Assembly: GCA_947478465.1 (NCBI GenBank)
Contig: CANJWH010000007.1
Coordinates: 10,794 to 74,793 of the forward strand
Source: Bacteroidota bacterium
GTDB taxonomy: Bacteria > Bacteroidota > Bacteroidia > SXHM01
Direction of reading: 5' to 3'
Length of the DNA stretch: 64,000 bases
In this document: piece after piece, positions 28,341 to 37,897 of the stretch
How positions within the stretch are numbered: position 1 is the stretch's first letter
Layout of the letters: each line of letters begins with the position of its first letter
The notes under the pieces: model-generated
Database searches by the model: none
Told to the model about the DNA's origin: nothing
What the model saw: only the letters and a program-made list of their open reading frames with translations
Made by a program: the position numbers and the translations under genes

Positions 28341-28660
28341 TTCGTTTGTGCTCACCTCATCTCCGTTTGTGCTACCTGAGTTCAATTTGGTTGAACCATA
28401 GCTCAGTTTGTGCTCTCCTCATCTCCGTTTGTGCTGCCTGAGTTCCGTTTGATTGAACCGAAACACGTTTGTACTCACCTCATCTCCGTTTGTGCTGCCT
28501 GGGTTCGGTTTGGTTGAACCGAAACAAGTTTGTACTCACCTCATCTCCGTTTGTGCTGCCTGGGTTCCGTTTGGTTGAACCGTAACTCTGTTTGGCCTTA
28601 CCTCATCTCCGTTTGTACTCACCTGAGTTCCGTTTATGCTCAGCTGAGTTCCGGTTGACT
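28340..28660. repeat. 5 x ~61 bp tandem repeat (CTCACCTCATCTCCGTTTGTGCTGCCTGRGTTCCGTTTGGTTGAACCGAAACANGTTTGTA); contains the progenitor of the adjacent 20-mer
   Basis: Anchor ctcacctcatctccgtttgt recurs at 28351, 28413, 28474, 28535, 28597 (periods 61-62). Confidence 0.9.
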
Positions 28661-28875
28661 TTGCTGCTTTAAAGGTTGTGCATTCCTTATGTGTTCTATG
28701 TGTCTATGTGGTAAAAAAACTCCGCGCCTTTGCGCCTCAGCGGCAAAAGAAATCCAGCCCTCTTATGGAATTACTCCCCCCTTTGCATCTTATAATCGGA
28801 GCACACAATAAAAATAAAAGTTCTCCGTTATCATACTAAGGTCTCACCATTTATTCATCTTAAACAAAACAAACC

Positions 28876-29703
28876 ATGAAAATCAATTTAATCAGCGAGT
28901 GGGGTAATGTTGTTTCAAACGTGCGCAACAACATAGTTTTTGAAAACCGTAACCAGGCCTATGGAGCCTATTTCATACGCAGGGAGTATCCGCGCACTAT
29001 GTTCTTTTCGCTTTTTGTTACGGTATCGGTTATTGTACTGGGTGTAGCAGGGTTAAAGTTGTCGAGTTATTTGTCTGCGAAGATTGTGGAGGTAATTGTG
29101 CCCGTAACCAACACACCCATTGAAATCATTACACCCGTTGATTTAAAGCCCCTGGAAACACCTCCGGTAAAAGTAGAGCCTATGAAAACTCCTCCACCAC
29201 CAAAAGGAACCGAGTTTACCGCACCCGTGGTTAGTGATGACAAAGAAAAGGTTGAAGAAAAGCCTTTTTCTCAGGAAGAAATAAAACCCGGAAGAGTAGA
29301 CGGTGTGGATACAACCGATGTGGAATTTATCCCTGAAACACCTAAAGGTAACGGACCTATAGTAGCTGTTGATACAGTTGAAAAAGTGTTGGACTTCGTT
29401 GATGTCAATCCTTCCTTTCCCGGAGGAGAAGCAAAGATGTATGAGTTCATTTCTCAGAAAACAAAATACCCGTCACAGGAAAAAGAGAACGGAATTTCAG
29501 GAACGGTGTATGTTAGTTTTACAGTTGATAAAGCCGGCAAAATAAAAGATGTTGTTATAGACCGAGGTGTAACCCACGGCCCCAATCTTGCAAAAGAGGC
29601 GCAACGTGTAATAAGCCTTATGCCCGAATGGAAACCCGGTATCTACAAAGGACAAACGGTAGCAGTACGTTACCGTATGCCAATCAGTTTTGTGTTGAGG
29701 TAA
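28876..29703 (+). CDS. tonB: energy transducer TonB (C-terminal TonB domain)
   Basis: 275 aa; N-terminal TM, Pro-rich linker, C-terminal FPGGEAKMYEFI...GTVYVSFTVDKAGKIKDV...PISF TonB-C fold. Confidence 0.8.
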   Translation: MKINLISEWGNVVSNVRNNIVFENRNQAYGAYFIRREYPRTMFFSLFVTVSVIVLGVAGLKLSSYLSAKIVEVIVPVTNTPIEIITPVDLKPLETPPVKVEPMKTPPPPKGTEFTAPVVSDDKEKVEEKPFSQEEIKPGRVDGVDTTDVEFIPETPKGNGPIVAVDTVEKVLDFVDVNPSFPGGEAKMYEFISQKTKYPSQEKENGISGTVYVSFTVDKAGKIKDVVIDRGVTHGPNLAKEAQRVISLMPEWKPGIYKGQTVAVRYRMPISFVLR

Positions 29704-29707
29704 TTAA

Positions 29708-30769
29708 TCACGAAAAATAATCCAGGTCGGTACCAAGAGGGAGGTTCATGAGGTAATCAACTCCCTCTTTCACCGTTTTTCCGCTGAAAAGACATTTGTA
29801 AATAGTCTCTGTCATTGGCGCACGCGTTTTAGCGCTGTGTATAAAAGCATTAGTAACCTTTACGGTGTTCACACCTTCGGCAACCTCGTCCATGCTGCTC
29901 AATATGTCTTCAATCTTTTCGCCTTTTGCCAAACGATAGCCAACCGTAAAGTTGCGGCTCTTTTCGCTTGAACACGTTGCAATCAAATCACCCACTCCTG
30001 CCAACCCAAAAAAGGCTTTGGGTTCACCGCCCATCAGTTTGCCGATGTGAACCATCTCTACCATTCCACGGCTTATTAATAAAGCGCGTGCGTTTTCACC
30101 ATATCCTAATCCGCTCAGCGCTCCTGATGCAATGGCAATTACGTTTTTCAATACGCCAGCCAGTTCCACACCTGTAATATCGTGATTGCCGAATACCTGA
30201 AATCGTGAACTGCGCAGAGCGCGTTGTCCTTCGCGTATCACTTCATCAAAGCGGCTTGCAATAACCGATGCTGCCGGTTGCCCCAATGCTATTTCGCTCG
30301 CCAGGTTAGGTCCTGCAAGGCAACCTACACGCATTACTTCTGTTTCCTGCAAAATAATTTCGCTCATGGTGCGCACCATCTTGCGATTGAGAAATGTTTT
30401 TTCTGTCAGTGTTTCTCCTTGTTTCAGGCGCACATCCAATCCTTTTGTTCCATGAATCAAAATGTGGTCGGGGCGCAGATAAGGAGAAAACGTCCGTATC
30501 ATTTCACTGAAACTGGAAGAAGAAACCACCGGAAAAATCAAGGTGCAGGAAGAGGTTATTTCTTCAATGCTGGTGGTAGGCTTAATCCTTGCGTTTATTT
30601 TTTGTCCGCGGTTTACGCGGCTTGTTGAGATGCTTTCAATTACTTCCGGTCTGCGACTGTAAAGAATTACATCACGGTTTTCGGCCAGCAGATTGGCAAT
30701 GGCAGTGCCAAATACACCGGCACCGATTACACCAACCGGTAGTTTATCAGATGTATTTTGCGAGTCCAT
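29708..30769 (-). CDS. gpsA: NAD(P)H-dependent glycerol-3-phosphate dehydrogenase
   Basis: 353 aa; GVIGAGVFGTAIA Rossmann motif, GPNLASEIA, VAEGVNT motifs. Confidence 0.9.
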   Translation of the reverse strand: MDSQNTSDKLPVGVIGAGVFGTAIANLLAENRDVILYSRRPEVIESISTSRVNRGQKINARIKPTTSIEEITSSCTLIFPVVSSSSFSEMIRTFSPYLRPDHILIHGTKGLDVRLKQGETLTEKTFLNRKMVRTMSEIILQETEVMRVGCLAGPNLASEIALGQPAASVIASRFDEVIREGQRALRSSRFQVFGNHDITGVELAGVLKNVIAIASGALSGLGYGENARALLISRGMVEMVHIGKLMGGEPKAFFGLAGVGDLIATCSSEKSRNFTVGYRLAKGEKIEDILSSMDEVAEGVNTVKVTNAFIHSAKTRAPMTETIYKCLFSGKTVKEGVDYLMNLPLGTDLDYFS

Positions 30770-32441
30770 ATCCTTCTATTCGGTTGTGGTAAAAAAATAA
30801 AAGATTAAAATCTTCCGACATGATAAAGCCGTCTTTCGTTTTATACAAAGGACGCTTGGCATCATACATTCCCAGATTTTTTATTCCTGTCTCAATCACT
30901 TTATCAATCTCGGGAATCTCCAGTTCGTGATACAAATGAACTTCACCATTGGCTGCCATCTCGCGCAGGCGGTCAAGCAGGCGCGAAACACCGTTGGTAA
31001 ATTCAAGATACGTTAGTTTCTGATCTTCTTCCGGCAAACGAAGCACCGCATAAATATCTAATTTTTTGTGGCGTTTACGAATTAATTCAAACGCCACAAA
31101 AGCAACCACATGACTTGCAAAAACACGGCTCTCGGAATGAAAACGTTTTACAATCTCATCGCCCAGCATCTTGGTGTATTCAGCATCACGCTGCGAGTCG
31201 CGGGTAAAAACTCCGTTGGTCATAAAGTAGCGGCTGATGTCAATCTTCTCGTTGTTTTTGCCGATGCTGTTTCCATCCTGATCAACAGGATTTCCAAACA
31301 GGTCAATGCACTTACCAAACGAGATAGACATCTCCGATGATTTGGTAAAAAACTTAATCATGAACTTGGCCAGCTTATAGGATGTTGAGTAATCATCGTT
31401 CTCGCGGAAGTAGTGTTGCTGACCAACCTGCTTCAGATGCTCGTCAATAAGGCTGGGAGCTTCCAGTACAAAGTTGTAGTTGAATACCACCGGAATAACA
31501 AATATTTTGGTTGCTTTTTCCTGGTCTTTTAAAAAGTGCAGACGCTGCGCTTCCATGGCAGTTCCAAGCAAACCAAGTTTCAATTTTTTTTCAATAGCAC
31601 CGGAGCGCGAACGGGTTCCTCCCGGAAAAAACAAACTGTTGCAACCGCGCAGCATTCCAATAGTAGAATAGGTCTTCAGCGTTTCCAGATAAATCATATT
31701 CTTTTTTCTGCGGTCAACTTTATAAGCTCCCAGGCGGCTCATAAAGAATGCAAGAATTCCAATTCCGAAAAGATTTAAACCTGCACCGTAAAGAAACGGA
31801 CGCAAACCAAGGGATTGAATAGCCCAACCAATTAAAATAGAATCAAGGTTACTGAAATGCGTTGGAACCATAACCAGCGTTCCTTTCTTTGCAAGTGTGC
31901 GGATATGGTCTAAATCACCCTGCAACCTTATCTTTTCGTGAAGATTGTGACGCGTTTTCCAGAAACGTGAAATTCCTTTGCCTTCTGAGGCATTCAGCAA
32001 ACGTGCAAAACCAAACGTAGTAGCTTCCTTTGCAAAATTATAAGCTGTGGGATTGAAAAAACCTGCTATCTCTTCGGTATAGCGGTCAATAATACTTTCA
32101 AGAATTTGGTCTTCATTTAGGTCAGGAGTTTTTTCATTCTCCGGACTTAATTTCAACAACTTCTTTTTTACCCCTTCCCAAAACGGTCCTTCGTCTTTTT
32201 TATCTGCTGCCCAGGCATTTGTTTTTACACGAATGCGCTCCATGTAATAGGTCTTAGCTAATTCTTCGTTTAAGCCTTGTGTAGTTTTGGTCTGCTCTTT
32301 TACTGCAATAAACGCAGCTTCTTTAACCTGCTTTAGAAATTCGTCACGGTCTTGCGTAAGCTTATAAATAGGCCATGTATTTACATCAGGAAACAGCGGC
32401 TCATAAAGCCATCCTTTTCGTGTATGTTTTTGTTCAGACAA
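30747..32441 (-). CDS. glycerol-3-phosphate / lysophospholipid acyltransferase (PlsB/PlsC-like, HXXXXD family); TTG start; 3' end overlaps gpsA by 23 nt
   Basis: 564 aa; PTHFSNLD (HX4D) and FFPGGTRSRSG motifs. Confidence 0.75.
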   Translation of the reverse strand: MSEQKHTRKGWLYEPLFPDVNTWPIYKLTQDRDEFLKQVKEAAFIAVKEQTKTTQGLNEELAKTYYMERIRVKTNAWAADKKDEGPFWEGVKKKLLKLSPENEKTPDLNEDQILESIIDRYTEEIAGFFNPTAYNFAKEATTFGFARLLNASEGKGISRFWKTRHNLHEKIRLQGDLDHIRTLAKKGTLVMVPTHFSNLDSILIGWAIQSLGLRPFLYGAGLNLFGIGILAFFMSRLGAYKVDRRKKNMIYLETLKTYSTIGMLRGCNSLFFPGGTRSRSGAIEKKLKLGLLGTAMEAQRLHFLKDQEKATKIFVIPVVFNYNFVLEAPSLIDEHLKQVGQQHYFRENDDYSTSYKLAKFMIKFFTKSSEMSISFGKCIDLFGNPVDQDGNSIGKNNEKIDISRYFMTNGVFTRDSQRDAEYTKMLGDEIVKRFHSESRVFASHVVAFVAFELIRKRHKKLDIYAVLRLPEEDQKLTYLEFTNGVSRLLDRLREMAANGEVHLYHELEIPEIDKVIETGIKNLGMYDAKRPLYKTKDGFIMSEDFNLLFFYHNRIEGYGLAKYI

Positions 32442-32467
32442 GGAAGTTGATTAAGGTAATTGGTTGA

Positions 32468-32884
32468 TTAGGGTAATTAAGGTAATTGGGTAAAATTATT
32501 ACTATTCTTCTTTACGTCTTTTCAGGTATGCAATGTAACCATTCAATAGTTTTAAAATTAAATCGTAATCAGTTTCAAATTCTTTAAATATCATTTCATC
32601 AATGTATCCTTGGTCAAGAGCGCAAATCAAATGGTCTAAAGTTTCGGTTAATGAACCTCTTGCCTGTCTGCAAAACTGTATGTTTTCCTGATAATGAAAT
32701 CGCCCTTTACCCTCTGCAATGTTTGCTGTTACTGAACGTGATGATCTTATGATTTGGTCGGTGAGTTTATAGTTTTCTTCTTTAGGAAATTGTTTGGTCA
32801 GCAAAGAAATTTTATTTCTGAATTTTCTGCCTTCCTTCCAAACTTCCAATCCCCTGAAATCTTCCATTACTCAATTACCCTAAT
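32468..32884. mobile_element. putative MITE-like cassette: four-helix-bundle protein gene bounded by perfect 11 bp terminal inverted repeats TTAGGGTAATT (32468-32478) / AATTACCCTAA (32874-32884)
   Basis: IRs read directly; surrounding ggtaatt/taattgg direct repeats. Confidence 0.35.
32502..32867 (-). CDS. four-helix-bundle protein (23S rRNA intervening-sequence protein family)
   Basis: 121 aa; ...EGKGRFHYQENIQFCRQARGSLTETLDHL... matches the four-helix-bundle family. Confidence 0.85.
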   Translation of the reverse strand: MEDFRGLEVWKEGRKFRNKISLLTKQFPKEENYKLTDQIIRSSRSVTANIAEGKGRFHYQENIQFCRQARGSLTETLDHLICALDQGYIDEMIFKEFETDYDLILKLLNGYIAYLKRRKEE

Positions 32885-32896
32885 AACCTAATCTAC

Positions 32897-33400
32897 TTAA
32901 TTAACTTTTTTTATCTTAAAAGACCATGTAATTAAAAAACGCGAAACTTCAGTTCCGTCAGGCATGGTGCCAACGCTTTCAATTGTTACCGAAACTTTTT
33001 CTTTTGTTGCAATTGCCTGATCAATTGCCGCAAAAATTTTTGAGCCTTCTGTGCAAGTGAAGGTAGTTAGTTTATCTGCTTTTTTCGAGAACCCTCCTTC
33101 AACTTTAACAACCAACATTCCCATGTTGGCATTACAGTTTTCTATTGCCAGCAAAGCTAAAACACCTGTTGACATTTCGGCTGCCATTGCCTGTGCTGCA
33201 AAATAAATACTCTGAAAAGGGTTTTGGCTTCTCCATCCGAAAGGCAGCGTTACTTCACAATTATCAACATCTAATTTTTTAATGTTCAGTCCGCAGAAAA
33301 AGGCTGCGGGAAGTTTTATCAGAAGAAAAAGATTAAACAGGGAATAGCTTAGAAATTGTTTGCGTTTTTTCTCTGCTTTTTGGTTTAGTGTAATAGACAT
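32897..33400 (-). CDS. hotdog-fold thioesterase-like protein (DUF4442/YiiD C-terminal-like)
   Basis: 167 aa; single N-terminal TM-like segment then hotdog-like core. Confidence 0.5.
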   Translation of the reverse strand: MSITLNQKAEKKRKQFLSYSLFNLFLLIKLPAAFFCGLNIKKLDVDNCEVTLPFGWRSQNPFQSIYFAAQAMAAEMSTGVLALLAIENCNANMGMLVVKVEGGFSKKADKLTTFTCTEGSKIFAAIDQAIATKEKVSVTIESVGTMPDGTEVSRFLITWSFKIKKVN

Positions 33401-33413
33401 AATTCTTATTTGT

Positions 33414-33478
33414 TTGTCGTGCTAAGCGTAGTCGAAGTATCTATTATTAAGCACCTCAACTACGCTCGGTGTGACAAG
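33414..33478. repeat. REP-like palindromic element (two inverted ~24 bp units, core AGCGTAGTCGA)
   Basis: ttgtcgtgctaagcgtagtcgaag ... cctcaactacgctcggtgtgacaag. Confidence 0.7.
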
Positions 33479-33492
33479 ATTAAACAATATTT

Positions 33493-34587
33493 CTAAATCG
33501 TCATTCCTTCTTTTAATCGTTCAGCATTCTCAGCATTTTGCAGGGCATTCATCATATCCTGAATATCGCCATTCATAAAAGCAGGAAGGCTGTGAATAGT
33601 CATTCCAATTCTATGGTCGGTAACTCGGCTTTGAGGATAATTGTACGTACGGATTTTTGCAGAACGGTCACCTGTTGAAACCATGGTCTTACGCTTTTTA
33701 GCAATAGCATCATTGTGTTTCTGCAATTCCATTTCATAAAGCTTGGTGCGAAGCATAGCCATCGCACGTTCCCTGTTCTTCAACTGACTGCGCTCCACCT
33801 GACATACCACCACAATACCTGTAGGCTTGTGGGTAAGCATCACTTTTGTTTCAACTTTATTTACGTTCTGTCCGCCTGCACCACCCGAACGAGCGGTTTG
33901 CATATCAATATCAGCAGGATTTAACTGCACATCAACTTCTGTTGCTTCCGGCAAAACTGCTACGGTAGCGGCAGAGGTATGAACCCTTCCCTGTGCTTCA
34001 GTGGCAGGTACCCGTTGCACACGGTGAACACCTGATTCGTATTTCATTTGTCCGTAAACACCATCTCCGCTTACAAACATGATTACCTCTTTGTAGCCTC
34101 CGGCAGTTCCATCCGAACAATCAATCAATTCTACTTTCCATCCGCGCTCTTCGCAGTAGCGGGTATACATGCGATACAATTCTCCGGCAAAAAGACTGGC
34201 TTCATCACCCCCTGTTCCTGCACGTATCTCGATAGTGGCATTTTTATCGTCTTCAGGGTCTTTGGGTATCATCATCAGGCGCACTTCTTCTTCTAACTGA
34301 AGCTTGCGCTCTTCCATTTCGGTCAGTTCCAGTTTAGCAAGGTCAAGAAATTCAGGGTCTTTCTCGTTACTTAGAATTTCTTTTGCGTTAGCAATGTTTT
34401 TCAGAAGTAAATCATACTCTTTGTAAGCATTGGCAATAGGTTCCAGGTCGCGGTAGTCTCTGTTCAGCTTCACGTAACGGGTCATATCGCCCACTACATT
34501 CGGGTCGCCCAGCTGAATGCCAATATCTTCCCAACGTTTATAAATATCTCTTAATTTCTCCAGCATTTTTTCTTCAATGAGGCGCAA
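33493..34587 (-). CDS. prfA: peptide chain release factor 1
   Basis: 364 aa; PAT tripeptide ([14 protein letters not shown]) and GGQ motif ([14 protein letters not shown]). Confidence 0.9.
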   Translation of the reverse strand: MRLIEEKMLEKLRDIYKRWEDIGIQLGDPNVVGDMTRYVKLNRDYRDLEPIANAYKEYDLLLKNIANAKEILSNEKDPEFLDLAKLELTEMEERKLQLEEEVRLMMIPKDPEDDKNATIEIRAGTGGDEASLFAGELYRMYTRYCEERGWKVELIDCSDGTAGGYKEVIMFVSGDGVYGQMKYESGVHRVQRVPATEAQGRVHTSAATVAVLPEATEVDVQLNPADIDMQTARSGGAGGQNVNKVETKVMLTHKPTGIVVVCQVERSQLKNRERAMAMLRTKLYEMELQKHNDAIAKKRKTMVSTGDRSAKIRTYNYPQSRVTDHRIGMTIHSLPAFMNGDIQDMMNALQNAENAERLKEGMTI

Positions 34588-34661
34588 AGATAATTTTTTA
34601 CTGCTTTGTGCGTTAGTGAGGATAGAACAACAACAAATGAAATAATTACCTTTGCCAGCCT

Positions 34662-35519
34662 ATGAATTTTTTCTCTTTCATATTCAGTAAAAATTTTGTG
34701 AAGCATCTTGGCATTGCGCTGGGTGTTTTTATTGCATTGATTTTGGTTATTGTCTTTGCATTGAATGCCTATACAGAGCATGGAGAAACCATTGCCGTCC
34801 CTGATCTTTCAGGCTTAAAAAAAGAAAACCTGGAATCAACTCTAACTCCGCTTGATTTAAAGTATGCTGTTATTGATTCGGTTTACGATAATAAAAGACC
34901 GAAAGGCTCCATTGTTGATCAAACACCTGTACCCGGTTTTCATGTAAAAGCAGGAAGAACGGTTTATGTTACTATTGTTGCCTTGCAGCCCCATAGGGTT
35001 AAAATGCCTAATCTGGTTGACTTAACCTTGCGTCAGGCAACACAGCGGTTGGAAACCTATGGATTGAAGGTTGGCAAAACATCTTATCAGCCCGATATTG
35101 CCAAAAATGTTGTGTTGAAACAATTGTGGAAAGGAAGGAAAATTCACCCTGACAGCCTTATAATTAAAGGTTCTTCTATTGAACTTGTTCTTGGTGACGG
35201 GCTGAATGATTCTGAAATACCGATGCCGTACTTTATTAATCTTACTCCTGAGCAAGCCGAAGAAGCTATTAAATCAGGTGCATTGATACAGGGGGCATTT
35301 ATATATGATACCGATCTAAAAGACACGCTTAAAGCGCGTGTTTATAAACAACGTCCTGCTTACTCTTCTAATTCAGTCATTAAAATAGGCGACCCTGTTG
35401 ATTTGTGGTTTACTGAAAACGAAGATAAAATTGAATACGACCCTTCTCTTCACAACAACCCGATTGATGATGGTGAAGAAATGAAAGAAGGAAGCGATGA
35501 TGATAACTATGATGAGTAA
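34662..35519 (+). CDS. PASTA domain-containing membrane protein
   Basis: 285 aa; N-terminal TM, three PASTA-like repeats (VPDLSGL..., MPNLVDLTLRQA...), acidic tail. Confidence 0.75.
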   Translation: MNFFSFIFSKNFVKHLGIALGVFIALILVIVFALNAYTEHGETIAVPDLSGLKKENLESTLTPLDLKYAVIDSVYDNKRPKGSIVDQTPVPGFHVKAGRTVYVTIVALQPHRVKMPNLVDLTLRQATQRLETYGLKVGKTSYQPDIAKNVVLKQLWKGRKIHPDSLIIKGSSIELVLGDGLNDSEIPMPYFINLTPEQAEEAIKSGALIQGAFIYDTDLKDTLKARVYKQRPAYSSNSVIKIGDPVDLWFTENEDKIEYDPSLHNNPIDDGEEMKEGSDDDNYDE

Positions 35520-37806
35520 AAAAAATCTATTCCTGTTTCTTTTGGTCTTTGCTCTGCCCTTTGCGTTGTTTTCGCAAGAACTTTTGCTTGACCTGGAGGT
35601 AAATCCTGTTTTGTTCAGCAAGCATAATGCTGCTGAAAAAAGCATCATGAACAATCAGGAATATTTTATTCTTGATACCCTCAACCTTCCTTTTATTGAC
35701 GATTTCTCAACTAATAAATTGAAACGCTATTACAATTGGGAATATGCATTACCAACAGATTCAATGGCTATTCGCTGGACATTGAATGGCGATACACTTG
35801 CTACGGTTAATGTTTCTGAGGATACAACATTTCATTATTACTACAGGCTTGATTCAATATTGAACGATACTCTGTTTATTAATATTGCAAATGGACGACT
35901 TGACAGTGCAGTAGCACTTACACCTTATGAAGTAGTTTTTCATAATGGTTACAATCCATTTATTCCCAATGATACAGTGTATTATTGGCCAACTGAAGAG
36001 TCTTATACTTTCTATGATTCTACAGGTTCAGTTTTACTGAATACTTCTGCAACAGCTACTTTTTTAACTCTTGAAAATAGTAATGACACTGTTAAAGTAT
36101 ATCAGCCTGATGCAAACACTTTGTGGATTGATAATTATGCGTTCATAAATTCTACTTATCCCTATTATCCACCTTCGGTTGGTGTAGCAACACTCGATGG
36201 AGTTGACGAAACAGGAATGCCTTATAATTTTGAAACAGGACTGCCTTACGGAGTTGCAGATCATCTTACCTCAAAACCAATTAATCTTGGCGCTTATGTG
36301 CCTGCTGATTCGGTATACCTCAGTTTTTATTATCAGCCACAGGGCAGGGGAAATGCACCGGAACAAAATGATTCGCTTATCCTGCAATTCAGAACATCAA
36401 CTATTGACTGGACAAATATCTGGAATGCTGAAGGAAATGAATTACCGGCCGACAGTATGTTCAAGCAGGTAATGATAGGAGTAAAAGATACCGCATGGTT
36501 TGAGAACAGTTTCCAGTTTCGTTTCCGCAACTATGCAACACTTTCAGGTAATGTTGATCACTGGCATATTGACTATGTACGTTTAAGTAATGCCCGCAAT
36601 TTTGTTGATACAGTTTATGAAGATGTTGCATACGTATATCCCGCTTATTCATTGCTGAACAAATTTCAGGCTATGCCCTGGAGTCATTTTTTGGTTGACC
36701 CTGCTTCATTTATGAATGATACATTATTTCTTTCTTTTCATAATAATTTGAATGCTGTAAAAAATACAGGTTACCGTTGGAAAGTTTTTGATGAATCAAA
36801 CACGGAGATTTTTGACAAAAACGGTGGAAGCAAAAATTACAGTGCAAATGTTTTCTGTCAAAATGCAGGAACGCAGTGTGATAATACTGACCCATTGCCA
36901 ATGTCTCCTGACTTTGCTTTTACCTTTCCCGACAATGGAAACGACAGTGCAGAATTTGAAATTGTAGCTTCTCTTGCCACCAATCCCGATAACATAAAAG
37001 ATAACGACACGCTTCACTATACTCAGGTGTTTCATAATTATTACGCTTACGATGACGGCACCGCAGAAAACGGCTACGGCTTGGAAGTTCAATCACCAAC
37101 CGGACTTTCAATGGCTGCATATCGGTTTAATATGATTAAGCAGGATACGTTGCGTGGTGTGCGTTTTTATTTTAATCCGCAGTTGGAAGATGTTTCGCAA
37201 AAGCTTTTTTCATTGATGGTTTGGACAGGTGATTCGTTACCTGAAACAATGGTTTATCAAAATGATTCTCTTTCTCCTGAATATTCACCTGGTTTAAATT
37301 ACTTCAGAACGTATACTATTAACGATACTGTGTTATTGCTTCCGGCAGGTAATTTCTTTGTAGGCTGGATGCAACTTTCTAATTACAGAATGAATGTGGG
37401 TTTTGACCGTAACCAGACTGCCAATGAAAATATGTTTTACAACATTTTGGGTAGCGGCTGGTTGCAATCGCAATTGCCTGGCGCATGGATGATTCGTCCT
37501 GTGTTTAGCAGCGATACACTTCCGGGTGATGTTTTCTCAATTGAAGAAAATGAAGTGATGACAGATTTCAACGTATTCCCGAATCCGGCATCGGATGAAG
37601 TGTATATTGTGGCAACTAATGAGACAGGAAATAGCAACGATTATTTGCTGAATATTTTTAATAGTACAGGAAGTGTCGTGAAACAGGTTTCGTATTTACC
37701 GCGCTCGGTTAATATTTCTGAGATGGCACCGGGTTTTTATTTTATCACTATTCAAAACAAAGAAACACAGGAACAGAAAACATACAAGCTTGTTATAAGC
37801 AGATAG
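35497..37806 (+). CDS. T9SS C-terminal sorting domain cargo protein (large secreted hypothetical); true start probably the internal Met at 35512
   Basis: 769 aa; signal peptide; C-terminal VFPNPASDEVYIVATN...LLNIFNSTGSVVKQV...GFYFITIQNKETQEQKTYKLVISR. Confidence 0.8.
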   Translation: MMITMMSKKNLFLFLLVFALPFALFSQELLLDLEVNPVLFSKHNAAEKSIMNNQEYFILDTLNLPFIDDFSTNKLKRYYNWEYALPTDSMAIRWTLNGDTLATVNVSEDTTFHYYYRLDSILNDTLFINIANGRLDSAVALTPYEVVFHNGYNPFIPNDTVYYWPTEESYTFYDSTGSVLLNTSATATFLTLENSNDTVKVYQPDANTLWIDNYAFINSTYPYYPPSVGVATLDGVDETGMPYNFETGLPYGVADHLTSKPINLGAYVPADSVYLSFYYQPQGRGNAPEQNDSLILQFRTSTIDWTNIWNAEGNELPADSMFKQVMIGVKDTAWFENSFQFRFRNYATLSGNVDHWHIDYVRLSNARNFVDTVYEDVAYVYPAYSLLNKFQAMPWSHFLVDPASFMNDTLFLSFHNNLNAVKNTGYRWKVFDESNTEIFDKNGGSKNYSANVFCQNAGTQCDNTDPLPMSPDFAFTFPDNGNDSAEFEIVASLATNPDNIKDNDTLHYTQVFHNYYAYDDGTAENGYGLEVQSPTGLSMAAYRFNMIKQDTLRGVRFYFNPQLEDVSQKLFSLMVWTGDSLPETMVYQNDSLSPEYSPGLNYFRTYTINDTVLLLPAGNFFVGWMQLSNYRMNVGFDRNQTANENMFYNILGSGWLQSQLPGAWMIRPVFSSDTLPGDVFSIEENEVMTDFNVFPNPASDEVYIVATNETGNSNDYLLNIFNSTGSVVKQVSYLPRSVNISEMAPGFYFITIQNKETQEQKTYKLVISR

Positions 37807-37814
37807 TTCTTGTT

Positions 37815-37877
37815 GTGTCACATCGAGCGTAGTCGAGGTGCAATTATAATGCTGCCTCGACTACGCTCGGCATGACA
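37815..37877. repeat. REP-like palindromic element (inverted pair of TGTCAYNYCGAGCGTAGTCGAGG)
   Basis: tgtcacatcgagcgtagtcgagg-tgcaattataatgctg-cctcgactacgctcggcatgaca. Confidence 0.8.
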
Positions 37878-37897
37878 ATTAAGCCCATAAATAATAT

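Noticed and set aside
28157-28660. Possible CRISPR array
   Set aside because: Repeat units are contiguous, with no unique spacers between them. There are two nested periodicities, and no cas genes in the window. This is a tandem satellite-type array, not CRISPR.
36064-37637. Cluster of short minus-strand ORFs inside the 35497-37806 T9SS cargo gene
   Set aside because: They are embedded in and antisense to a 769 aa CDS that has a clear signal peptide and T9SS CTD. They are not independent genes.
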